From an uncultured Candidatus Saccharibacteria bacterium (GTDB lineage Bacteria; Patescibacteriota; Saccharimonadia; Saccharimonadales; JACDBH01), in the NCBI GenBank assembly GCA_964644965.1, contig CAZXYN010000001.1, forward strand, positions 139,012-203,011: a stretch of DNA of 64,000 nt. Direction: 5' to 3'. Within the stretch, counting starts at the first letter, position 1, and each line of letters starts with the position of its first letter. Shown here piece by piece: positions 29,226 to 37,894 of the stretch. The notes below the pieces were generated by a model, which was given only the letters and a program-made list of their open reading frames with translations, did no database searches and was not told the origin of the DNA. The position numbers and the translations under genes are program-made.

Positions 29226-30437
29226 TTAAACCTCTAGACCCTTCTGTAGCAAACGATGCCGAACATCGTGCCAGGCATTCATGAAATTGATAAACGCTTC
29301 GTATGGCGACTCATACGGGCTGAAATAGGCATGAACATCACCATCACTAAACCATTTGGTGCACATGTAGTAGAAGTGATCAGAGGTTGTTAGCTTGCGC
29401 CAATCGGCAATCAAATTATCATCACCGCTATCAAGCACCTTAGCTTCTAGACTATACAGCGCCTCTGCTGCCTGGTGTTGCATGTTGTTACCAAGCCAGG
29501 CCGTCAGGTCACGCTCGTTGTCAGCCCAGGTTACCGTCTGCGGCATATCAACTTGATCGACCGGCTCAAATGTATCAGCTGCTTCACTAACTGTCATGAA
29601 GCTGTGATCATGTTGTTTGAGCCATTCGTCAGGCAAGTGTCGCAAGAATTCAAAAATTCCGGTGTCTTCCCATTGGTGCTCGCCAAAAGTCTCGTAGTCC
29701 ATAAATAGGTTAAAGTTAGTTGCATCACCAGTCTCTGACAACCAATGGGCAAAAGTGCTGGCAGTAAGTGGCGTATCGCTACGAGCCGTTTCACTAAACC
29801 TAAAGGCAATGTCATCACTCAGACGATAGTTCTTTAGCAGCAGCTTGATGTTGTCGGTATAAGTCGGTCGATATAGATAATTTGGCGAACGCCAGCCAAG
29901 AACTGGATCCCAACCTTCGGCCAGGATTGCCTTATAGCCAGCCTTGTCGGCCCAATAGGCCAGGTCGTTGTTGTAGGCAAGCTCGGTATTACGAAATACG
30001 CTTGGTGTTTGACCAAACACTTGTTCTATTTTTTGACGGTGCATATCGACTTGGTGCTCAAACTCGCTGCGTGAATAGAAAAATGCCAGACTATGATGAT
30101 ATGTTTCTGCAACTATTTCTACTCGACCAGTGTTTGTGAGTGCTTTGAAGCTTTCGAGCACATCTGGTGCCCATTTTTCGAACTGCTCGATAACCGTACC
30201 AGTGATAGACAGGCTTAGTTTAAATTCTGGATGTTTTTCTAGCAGTTCGAGCAAGATTTTGTTGGTTGGCAGGTATGATTTGTCGGCAACTTTTCTAATG
30301 ACTCGTTCGTTTGATTCGCGCTCATCATAGCCGGCATCAAAATAATCACTTTTGTTAGCTACGTCGAACACTGTATAATGACGTACCCGATAAGGCTGGT
30401 GAACGTGCAGATAAAGTACGATAGCCTTCTTGCTCAT
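29226..30437 (-). CDS. Glycoside hydrolase family 57 (alpha-glucan-active)
   Basis: N-terminal LHVHQPYR signature of GH57; 403 aa. Confidence 0.6.
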   Translation of the reverse strand: MSKKAIVLYLHVHQPYRVRHYTVFDVANKSDYFDAGYDERESNERVIRKVADKSYLPTNKILLELLEKHPEFKLSLSITGTVIEQFEKWAPDVLESFKALTNTGRVEIVAETYHHSLAFFYSRSEFEHQVDMHRQKIEQVFGQTPSVFRNTELAYNNDLAYWADKAGYKAILAEGWDPVLGWRSPNYLYRPTYTDNIKLLLKNYRLSDDIAFRFSETARSDTPLTASTFAHWLSETGDATNFNLFMDYETFGEHQWEDTGIFEFLRHLPDEWLKQHDHSFMTVSEAADTFEPVDQVDMPQTVTWADNERDLTAWLGNNMQHQAAEALYSLEAKVLDSGDDNLIADWRKLTTSDHFYYMCTKWFSDGDVHAYFSPYESPYEAFINFMNAWHDVRHRLLQKGLEV

Positions 30438-31654
30438 ACTGCCGCCTCTGCCAAACTATGGTGTTCATACCATGTCATTAGTCTATCGGCCGCTGGATGC
30501 CAGGAAAGTTCATTGTACTCTTGCAGGGCGTTTGCGTGAAGCTCATCTCGCAAGCCATCGTTCTGGACAACAGCAACGATTTGGTTGGCCATTTCGTTGA
30601 TATCCCAGAAATCAACCTTGAGACAATTATGGAACATCTCAACCACACCCGACTGCTTTGATACAAGTGATGGCGTGCCGTAACCAGCTGCCTCTAGTGG
30701 TGTCAGCCCAAATGGTTCAGAGACCGAAGGCATCACAAACAAATCACCAATGGCAAAGCTATCACGCCAATTCTTGCCACGTTGGAAGCCAGTAAACATA
30801 ACATTTTGACTAATTCCAAGCTCTGCCGCAAGCTCGATAAGCTCGTGGTATTGCTCGCCAGAACCAACGATCAAAAACAATGTCTTTGGCTCACGGTCAA
30901 TCACCGCCTTGGCGGCCTGTAACAGATTAGGCAAGCCTTTTTGGATGGTAAGTCGGCCAATATTTACGACTACACGGTAACCCTGATTCCTCATACTCTG
31001 CAGATAGCTATGAACATTGGCGTCATCCAGAGACTCCACCATGTCCAAATCAAGACTATTGTGGACTACATCAATTTTGTCCCTAGGAATTCCATATTCA
31101 CGTACAATAGCTTCGCGGGTAAAATCGCTAACTGCAATGACCCTGTCAGCCATCATGAAACTCATACTTTCTATCTCTCGAACTAGCGGATTTCCACCGC
31201 CAGGCTGACCAGAACGATCTGATTCTATAGAGTGAACATGCAAAATTAATGGTTTTCCAGACATTTGGCGCGCCCGAAGTCCTGCACGAAAGGTAAGCCA
31301 ATCATGGGCATGAATCACGTCAAAGTCTACATATGTCGTTAACTGACCGACTGATTTTTCGTAGGCTGATTGCTGGTCATAGATATTAATCCATTCTTCG
31401 CTACCATCTTCGTAGATATACTTGTGACTATCATAGGCAATACCACTTTTTTGGACAGCCTGTACGCCCCGTGGATGGGCAGCATGAATATTCATGAAAT
31501 CAATATCGTGATCAGCCGTATACGGCAGTACGAACTCGATACCAACACCTTTTTTTGAGAGAGCTTTACAGAGCTGATAACAGGCCACACCTAAGCCACC
31601 ACTGTTGTGAGGTGGGAGCTCCCACCCAAGCATCAATACCTTCATCGCCCTCAA
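30434..31654 (-). CDS. Retaining glycosyltransferase (glycogen-synthase-like GT4/GT5)
   Basis: MKVLMLGWELPPHNSGGLGVACYQL N-terminal KxGGL-like motif; C-terminal GT-B EX7E region; ATGA overlap with the GH57 gene. Confidence 0.55.
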   Translation of the reverse strand: MRAMKVLMLGWELPPHNSGGLGVACYQLCKALSKKGVGIEFVLPYTADHDIDFMNIHAAHPRGVQAVQKSGIAYDSHKYIYEDGSEEWINIYDQQSAYEKSVGQLTTYVDFDVIHAHDWLTFRAGLRARQMSGKPLILHVHSIESDRSGQPGGGNPLVREIESMSFMMADRVIAVSDFTREAIVREYGIPRDKIDVVHNSLDLDMVESLDDANVHSYLQSMRNQGYRVVVNIGRLTIQKGLPNLLQAAKAVIDREPKTLFLIVGSGEQYHELIELAAELGISQNVMFTGFQRGKNWRDSFAIGDLFVMPSVSEPFGLTPLEAAGYGTPSLVSKQSGVVEMFHNCLKVDFWDINEMANQIVAVVQNDGLRDELHANALQEYNELSWHPAADRLMTWYEHHSLAEAAV

Positions 31655-31759
31655 TGTTAATCTTAAGATTTATTTACTTACTATTATAGCGAGCGTAAGC
31701 GTAATGACAAGCAATTTGTACCTCGGATATGCACATTTGCCACCTCTGATGAATATGGT

Positions 31760-33262
31760 CTACAAATCTTTTACCGATCCAAAGGCTACTCTATCAAGGA
31801 TTTCGCCGCTCATATCCATCATCGAAGCAGGGGTGACGACGAATTCTCCATAGCGATTGTTAACAGCATCAACAGCGTCGCTGATACGCCTCTCGGCCCC
31901 AAAAGTGCGTAAGTTTTCTGTAGGCTCAGTATTTGTTTCAAAAAAGTTAAGCTGTTCGGGGCGAGCTGGTTGCAAATCATAAACAGTGATACTCATACCT
32001 CTAACTTTGGCTATAATCTCAGCCTTCTCTAGCAGTACCATTGCCGCCTTATAAATACTCTCCGTCGAATACAAGCGATAGCCAACCTTCTGACCCTGAT
32101 GCCAGGCGCGCTGACTGGCTAGATTTTCGCCACCAATAAAGCCATTATCTTTCATTGGTATTTCTTGATAGTTTAGAAAGCTCAAGTACAAATGTATGCC
32201 GCCGGCCGTTAATTCGCCGCGCCGCACGCGCCGGCCAACTTTTTCGCACAGTTTCATCAGTAGCCGTGCAAGCTCATGTTTGTCATCTGTTTTACTGGGC
32301 AGGGCATACTGATGACCAATAGTGCGCTGTTTTGACTGATAATCATCTATTTCGTAACCCCGAAGGCGCAAATACCAGTAGTAGCCACCGATACTCTGGA
32401 AGACGACTTTTTCGAGCACGCGGCGCTCTGCTTGCAAAAAATCAAGTGGCGTCATGATGCCATACATCTGAAGACGACGCTTAAAACGGACATTGATGCC
32501 AGGCAAATCCATAAGATCCATACCCCCGCACACCCCGCACCGCCCAGATAAGTTTTTGGCAAAGCCAAAACCCTTGCTGGGCTCTTGGCTATTTTTGGCT
32601 TGTCCGCTCCGGTCCGCAGTCGCTGTATCTGTATACACCTCCTTTGCGGTTCTCGCTGACGCACCAAAACTAGCACAAGTGCTAGGTGTGCGGCACGCAT
32701 AGTACGCTTCTAAGTTAGTGTGATTTATTAGCGTCATGCCGTCTGGTTTATCGAATCCAGCGGCATATTTTGCCAGAAAGCGATTCGGGCCAATGCCGAT
32801 ATTAACCGTCACCGCCTCGCCGAGTCGTTCGGCTACTTTTTGCTTGATTTCCAACCCGATTTCGGTCATCGAAGCACCAGAACGTAAGATGGGTGAACCG
32901 GCAAGATTTAGTACAAACTCGTCGATGCTTTTGGGCGATACGTCACTGGTGTACTCCAACATCAACTCTTTGAACCTGCGATGCGCCTCACGGTATTTGG
33001 CCGGATCCGGGGTCATGATAACAATGCCTGGGCATAGACGACGAGCTTCGGCCACGTTGACACCAAGCTTCACGCCCATCCGCTTTGCGTCATAACTAGC
33101 CGCCAGCACGAAACCGTGAGGCGTATCATAAGCCGCAACGCCCACCGGTCGGTTGCGAAGCAATCTGTTGGCCTGTTGTTCGATGATCGAGAAGCATGAG
33201 TTCAAATCAATATGCATGATCCGCGCCGACGCCTTATTGAGAGGCAGCTCGACCGAACTCAT
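31760..33262 (-). CDS. Y-family DNA polymerase (UmuC/UvrX-like) carrying a ~65 aa in-frame insertion
   Basis: MHIDLNSCFSIIEQQANRLL...VGVAAYDTPHGFVLAASYDAKRMGVKLG palm; HhH region LPGINVRFKRRLQMYGI; 500 aa versus ~400 typical. Confidence 0.8.
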   Translation of the reverse strand: MSSVELPLNKASARIMHIDLNSCFSIIEQQANRLLRNRPVGVAAYDTPHGFVLAASYDAKRMGVKLGVNVAEARRLCPGIVIMTPDPAKYREAHRRFKELMLEYTSDVSPKSIDEFVLNLAGSPILRSGASMTEIGLEIKQKVAERLGEAVTVNIGIGPNRFLAKYAAGFDKPDGMTLINHTNLEAYYACRTPSTCASFGASARTAKEVYTDTATADRSGQAKNSQEPSKGFGFAKNLSGRCGVCGGMDLMDLPGINVRFKRRLQMYGIMTPLDFLQAERRVLEKVVFQSIGGYYWYLRLRGYEIDDYQSKQRTIGHQYALPSKTDDKHELARLLMKLCEKVGRRVRRGELTAGGIHLYLSFLNYQEIPMKDNGFIGGENLASQRAWHQGQKVGYRLYSTESIYKAAMVLLEKAEIIAKVRGMSITVYDLQPARPEQLNFFETNTEPTENLRTFGAERRISDAVDAVNNRYGEFVVTPASMMDMSGEILDRVAFGSVKDL

Positions 33263-33432
33263 AGCGGCCTGAGGGTAGACCGGGCTCGAGAAACAACTTC
33301 ATTCAACCTCAACATGGGACTTGATTGCCTAGATTGCTCCTGTGACAGCCGCTGAGCAGCCAACTCCAGGCGCATTGATTCCAATATTTTTCTAACCTCT
33401 TCTCTTTGGTGTCGTTTCTTTCGGTTTTTCAT
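33259..33432 (-). CDS. Small basic protein (57 aa) translationally coupled to the polymerase gene
   Basis: Hand translation MKNRKKRHQREEVRKILESMRLELAAQRLSQEQSRQSSPMLRLNEVVSRARSTLRPL*; its TGA overlaps the polymerase ATG (ATGA). Confidence 0.35.
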   Translation of the reverse strand: MKNRKKRHQREEVRKILESMRLELAAQRLSQEQSRQSSPMLRLNEVVSRARSTLRPL

Positions 33433-33515
33433 ATTGTTCCTTTCCTTTTAGATAATTTGCTTATCTCTATGGGGTCTTACTAGATTTAACGTACTGAAGT
33501 GATTTTTGTTACAGA

Positions 33516-33848
33516 TTACCGGGCACGATGACCATAGGTTACTGCTGCATCGTGAGCCGACATGTATTCCTCCAAAACCCAATTGAATGTGTCTGTATTG
33601 AACGCCAGCTTAAAGTACGCACCACCGTCCTTATCAGCAATCGAAAAATGATGAATTTGGTATTTTCCATCCCAAGTTTTGTGCCAGAAATCTATTTTGC
33701 CTAAGTAATAGTCCTGGTTGTTCCAGGTCAGCATGTAGGGCTGATGTGAGCGGGTACGGGCGTTGTAATACCACACCACACTGACGGGTTCGTTGAGTGA
33801 CTCACGCATGGTAACCTCCGTGGCAATTTGTCGTTTTCCATTTATCAT
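33516..33848 (-). CDS. Small protein, paralog A (possible YolD-like accessory factor)
   Basis: 110 aa; shares P..LTWN..DY.LG...FW......G....HH with paralog B. Confidence 0.5.
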   Translation of the reverse strand: MINGKRQIATEVTMRESLNEPVSVVWYYNARTRSHQPYMLTWNNQDYYLGKIDFWHKTWDGKYQIHHFSIADKDGGAYFKLAFNTDTFNWVLEEYMSAHDAAVTYGHRAR

Positions 33849-33944
33849 TTGCGCAATTGTTTTCCAATTGCCATTGGCTATTTCTGGTAAATCGGCTAAT
33901 GGTAATTATTTCGTAAAATGAAAACTGGTAATTTGGTAAACGCT

Positions 33945-34286
33945 TCATACAGTTACTCCCACAAATGTTTGCATGGAGTTTGTTTGGTCGGTTGCAAAGG
34001 TAGCTTTTTCGAGCTGCCAGGTTAGATTCTCTGTCTCCAGGGACAATTCAAAGGTATAGTCGCCGCTTTCGTCACCGACACGGTAGTGATGCACCAGGAC
34101 ATCGCCACGATGTTCGGCATACCAGAATTGCACGCCGCCGAGTGTGTAATCTTCATCGTTCCAAGTCAGGCGGACTGGGCGAGCATATTGATCACGACCG
34201 TTAAAACTAAATAATACATCGACTGTTTTTTTATCGTTTTTGTTTAGGGCAGAAGAGAGGCTATTACGCATATCACAATACTCCAC
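33945..34286 (-). CDS. Small protein, paralog B (tandem duplicate of 33516-33848)
   Basis: 113 aa; RPVRLTWNDEDYTLGGVQFWYAEHRGDVLVHHY aligns with YMLTWNNQDYYLGKIDFWHKTWDGKYQIHHF of paralog A. Confidence 0.5.
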   Translation of the reverse strand: MEYCDMRNSLSSALNKNDKKTVDVLFSFNGRDQYARPVRLTWNDEDYTLGGVQFWYAEHRGDVLVHHYRVGDESGDYTFELSLETENLTWQLEKATFATDQTNSMQTFVGVTV

Positions 34287-34378
34287 TTAGTAATTTATAA
34301 GAGGTAGTAGCTTAACGAACACGCTACTAGACGTATGTATTGTGGTAGGCATTCGCTAGACAGCGAACGGCTACATTT

Positions 34379-35164
34379 ATGCGTAAAGCCCGAGCGGAGG
34401 AATTTCGAGGTCAATCAAAAAGCCCACACGTGACTAAGCATAAGTATACACCCGCCGCAGCAAGTCTCGTCAAGCATGTTTTTGCGGTACAATACAATCA
34501 GATGAAACTGAGGCTAGCGAGCAAAAAACAGGAACTGGGCGATGTGTGGTCTTTCTTTTTCGACCCAGAGCAACCCGTGACATGGCAAGCAGGGCAATCG
34601 ATTCGAATAGAACTCCCTCGCAAGACCTGGGGTATCAGCGAACGGCGATTTACCATTGCCTCAGCCCCTTGTGAAAAACATATTCAGATCACCACCAAAT
34701 TAAGTAGTAGCGAGTTCAAGCAAACCCTGGCCAAGCTTAAGCCCAACTCTATAATTGAAGGTCATAACATAGAAGGCGATTTTATCTGGGACAAGTCACG
34801 GCGTCCTAAGCTGTTCCTAGCAGGCGGTGTTGGTATTACACCGCTGCGGGCACTGCTCGCGCAGGCCATCCACGACAAAATTCCACTTAATATCACTCTG
34901 CTCTATAGCACTAAAGATAGCCCGCCTTTATTCAATCAGGAGTTGGAAATGTGGGCCAAGAAACACCGGGGTTTCCATTTGTACATAACCGACAAACGCA
35001 TCGCTATCGACCCGGGGTCAACATTGGTGCCCCTGTGGAAAGACAGTGTTATCTATATAGCGGGACCAGAGAAGATGGTACGACAATTATCGGATGAGCT
35101 TATCAGGGGTGGGCTATCAAAATCACAGCTCAAAACCGATGAATTCACTGGCAATGTTTTATAG
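34379..35164 (+). CDS. Ferredoxin-reductase-type FAD/NAD(P)-binding oxidoreductase
   Basis: RRFTIASAP (RxYS FAD motif) and LFLAGGVGITPL (NAD-binding GGxGxxP); the true start may be M at 34501. Confidence 0.5.
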   Translation: MRKARAEEFRGQSKSPHVTKHKYTPAAASLVKHVFAVQYNQMKLRLASKKQELGDVWSFFFDPEQPVTWQAGQSIRIELPRKTWGISERRFTIASAPCEKHIQITTKLSSSEFKQTLAKLKPNSIIEGHNIEGDFIWDKSRRPKLFLAGGVGITPLRALLAQAIHDKIPLNITLLYSTKDSPPLFNQELEMWAKKHRGFHLYITDKRIAIDPGSTLVPLWKDSVIYIAGPEKMVRQLSDELIRGGLSKSQLKTDEFTGNVL

Positions 35165-35264
35165 CTAAAACCTTAAGTAGTTATAAATTTTACATCATAC
35201 CAGTTTTGCCAGAATTAACAGGTTATTTCGTACTGACTTACTAGGAAATGCTTTTGCTTATGTG

Positions 35265-35292
35265 TTGACATATATTTCCAAACAAGTAATAT
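35265..35292 (+). promoter_or_regulatory. Sigma70-like promoter: TTGACA, 16 nt spacer, TAATAT
   Basis: TTGACATATATTTCCAAACAAGTAATAT. Confidence 0.5.
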
Positions 35293-35298
35293 GGAGTC

Positions 35299-35581
35299 TT
35301 GCGTCTTTCGTCCAAAGTGAGGTGGAGAAGTCGTAAGAACTTAATAATGTATCTTTCGCTGGAGTTCGAAATCAATAAATTCCGTGGCAGCGAATGATCT
35401 TATGTGACAAAGCGTACCTAATAGGTACACTGCGAAACAGAAGATTATCTCGATGACCGGTATTTTTGATTGCAGAGCCAGGGAACAGATTAAGTTATAA
35501 GTTCAATATTACTCATGCAAATATCACAAGTATAAGTAACTAATTTTCGCCTGCTTTACGTGAGGCAGGCGGTGCTTTTTG
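35299..35581 (+). ncRNA. Candidate ~280-nt structured leader or riboswitch ending in an intrinsic terminator, upstream of the LysM-Rpf gene
   Basis: No ORF of 60 aa or more on the + strand between the promoter and the terminator CGCCTGCTTTACGTGAGGCAGGCGGTGCTTTTT (35548-35581); several internal hairpins (TCGCTG..CAGCGA, GTACCTAATAGGTAC). Confidence 0.35.
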
Positions 35582-35643
35582 TGTGCCAAAAACAGAGGTA
35601 CATAAGGTACGTATTGCGATGAGACATAGGGAGTATAACTACA

Positions 35644-36384
35644 ATGAAAAAATCAGCTTTTATAGCCGGCCTTTTGGTGTCCGCGTTTATCGTGACACTA
35701 GCAGCACAAAGCAGTGTGCTAGCTATGGAGCTTACAAAGAGCTTCAGCTTGGGTGATATTTCTGTCACCAGTGAATATAAAGAGAACCAGCCAGAAGAAG
35801 TAGAAGAGGGTGAAGTCCTGGCAGCCGCAACAGAAGTAGCTTCAGAATCTGAGTCAGAAACAGCTGACGAGCCGGAACAAGTGGTCGTAACGGTCGCGAG
35901 TGGCGATTCTTTGAGCAAAATTGCTACGACGCACAATACGACATACAAGCGACTGTTTGACGCCAACCCGTCTATTGTTGATCCGAATGTCATCAACCCT
36001 GGTGATCAGATCCGTATACCAGCAGAGAACGAAGAACTAGCCAGCCGGGAACTACCCGTCTCTAAGCCCGCAGCTAAAAAACCGGCTGCCGAAGCTCCAA
36101 CCAGTCCAAAACCGGCAGTAGCGGCCGCTCGGATCGCAAATGACGGCTCTGTCTGGTCGCAACTGGCAATGTGCGAATCAGGTGGACGACCAAATGTGGT
36201 GTCGGCTAATGGCAAATACCACGGCCTTTACCAGTTCCTACCTAGCACTTGGCGTGCTGTTGGTGGTAGCGGATTACCATCCCAAGCCTCAGCCGAAGAA
36301 CAGACTATGCGCGCCCAGATGCTGCAAGCCCGTAGTGGCTGGGGTCAATGGCCAGCCTGTGCCCGCAAAATCGGCGTGCTTTAG
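35644..36384 (+). CDS. Secreted LysM-domain / Rpf-like (resuscitation-promoting-factor) transglycosylase
   Basis: Signal peptide; LysM SGDSLSKIATTHNTTYKRLFDANP...GDQIRIP; Rpf domain WSQLAMCESGGRPNVVSANGKYHGLYQFLPSTWRAVGG. Confidence 0.8.
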   Translation: MKKSAFIAGLLVSAFIVTLAAQSSVLAMELTKSFSLGDISVTSEYKENQPEEVEEGEVLAAATEVASESESETADEPEQVVVTVASGDSLSKIATTHNTTYKRLFDANPSIVDPNVINPGDQIRIPAENEELASRELPVSKPAAKKPAAEAPTSPKPAVAAARIANDGSVWSQLAMCESGGRPNVVSANGKYHGLYQFLPSTWRAVGGSGLPSQASAEEQTMRAQMLQARSGWGQWPACARKIGVL

Positions 36385-36399
36385 ACAAGCACTGATGAA

Positions 36400-36445
36400 A
36401 ATCCCAGAAACCCCTGGCTAACAGGGGTTTCTGTTTTTTGTAAGT
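36400..36445 (+). terminator. Rho-independent terminator
   Basis: CAGAAACCCCTGGCTAACAGGGGTTTCTGTTTTTTG. Confidence 0.75.
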
Positions 36446-36464
36446 ACATAGTAAGATAAGAACA

Positions 36465-36767
36465 ATGAACTTAGGCAGCAAAGCTTACTACTATCTTGCA
36501 AGTGTGACAGTATTTTTAATTGGTGGCGGCACGGTGTTCTATCATTACGTAGAAGACTTGTCATGGGTGGACGCATATTATTTCTGCATGATTACGCTCA
36601 CCACTGTAGGCTATGGTGATATAGCACCAAAAACTAATGCCGGAAAAATATTTACTACCTTTTACCTGATATTCGGCATAGGTATCATTACGACCTTCAT
36701 AACAACCATTGCAAAAAGACGTGGCAAAAAAATGGCCGAACGCCACCAGCGACGACAGCCAAAGTAG
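36465..36767 (+). CDS. Minimal two-TM potassium channel (KcsA/Kcv-like pore)
   Basis: 100 aa with selectivity filter TLTTVGYGDIAP between two TM helices. Confidence 0.75.
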   Translation: MNLGSKAYYYLASVTVFLIGGGTVFYHYVEDLSWVDAYYFCMITLTTVGYGDIAPKTNAGKIFTTFYLIFGIGIITTFITTIAKRRGKKMAERHQRRQPK

Positions 36768-36897
36768 TTATTTTTGGCCGAACCAATAAAAAAGACCAGG
36801 ACAAACCTGATCGTTTCTATTTGGCAGGCCATGTAGTAGACCTTCGAGCTGTTTATTTCATTCACAAGAGTGAATGTCTCGAAGGCTCACTACATGG

Positions 36898-36971
36898 CAG
36901 GGGTGGCGAGACTCGAACTCACGACACCTGGTTTTGGAGACCAGTGCTCTAGCCAACTGAGCTACACCCCT
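36898..36971 (-). tRNA. tRNA-Trp (anticodon CCA), CCA encoded
   Basis: Minus strand AGGGGTG-TA-GCTC-AGTTGGCTA-GAGC-A-CTGGT-CTCCAAA-ACCAG-GTGTC-GTGAG-TTCGAGT-CTCGC-CACCCCT-G-CCA; compound hairpin 36830-36895 downstream. Confidence 0.85.
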
Positions 36972-37208
36972 TCGTCGTCGTAATGTGATGCTGCGGTTTC
37001 TGTAGTGCTGGCAAAACAAGTTTGTCCACCACTATTAGAAACCTCAGCAAGCTTACTCCTCTCAAAATCCCAAACAGTCGCCTAGGCGACTTGGTTTGGT
37101 ATTTTGGGTAAGACATTCAAAATACAGGCATAATCATACCTTATATCTGTTAGTTTGTCATCTGATGTTCGCGGATTTTATATTTCGCCACATCTGTTAT
37201 AGAATGTC

Positions 37209-37892
37209 ATGTATATGACAGGTAAAACTTCTGGTCGGATTGAGCCAACTCAACCAATTCTGATACTTCTGTACGGCTTCCCCGGTGCAGGCAAGACTTA
37301 TTTTTCTCGTCAATTTTGTGATGCTGTCCACGCTGCTCATCTAGAGCAGGACAGAATTAGGTTCGAATTATTTCAGCAACCCCGGTACTCAAAACAAGAA
37401 AACGCTGCCTTGAACCGCATCCTAGAATACATGGCCAACGAGTTCCTCACCGCTGGCATCAGCGTAGTTATAGACATGAACGCTATGCGCGTATCTCAAC
37501 GCAAATCTTTGCGCGAAATGGCTCGTCAACACAAAGCCGCAACATTGGTCGTCTGGTTCCAGGTAGATGCCGACACGGCTTTCTTACGCAACGAAAAGCG
37601 CGACCGCCGCAAGATTGACGATAGGTTTTCGGTCGGCTACAACGTCGAGGCGTTTAAACAGATGGCTTCATATATGCAGCACCCGGAACCTACCGAAGAT
37701 TTTGTGGTCGTCAGCGGCAAGCACAGCTTTGCAGGACAACTCAGCTCAGTCGTCAAGAAAATGGCCGACATGAACACTATCAAGGCTTCTGTAGCCGCTC
37801 ACAAGATGATTCGCCCCGAACTCGTCAACCTAGTTCCAGCACCTATGCCAAAAGACCAATCGTCCGGCAGAAGAAACATTGTTCTTAGGTAA
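37209..37892 (+). CDS. P-loop kinase (AAA_33 / zeta-toxin-like nucleotide kinase fold)
   Basis: Walker A LLYGFPGAGKTYFSRQF; a TATAGAAT -10 abuts the ATG, so the mRNA is probably leaderless. Confidence 0.55.
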   Translation: MYMTGKTSGRIEPTQPILILLYGFPGAGKTYFSRQFCDAVHAAHLEQDRIRFELFQQPRYSKQENAALNRILEYMANEFLTAGISVVIDMNAMRVSQRKSLREMARQHKAATLVVWFQVDADTAFLRNEKRDRRKIDDRFSVGYNVEAFKQMASYMQHPEPTEDFVVVSGKHSFAGQLSSVVKKMADMNTIKASVAAHKMIRPELVNLVPAPMPKDQSSGRRNIVLR

Positions 37893-37894
37893 AT

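Noticed and set aside
35165-35640. Possible cyclic-di-AMP (ydaO) riboswitch identity for the leader upstream of the Rpf gene
   Set aside because: The characteristic ydaO conserved blocks were not recognisable by eye; kept only as a generic structured-leader candidate.
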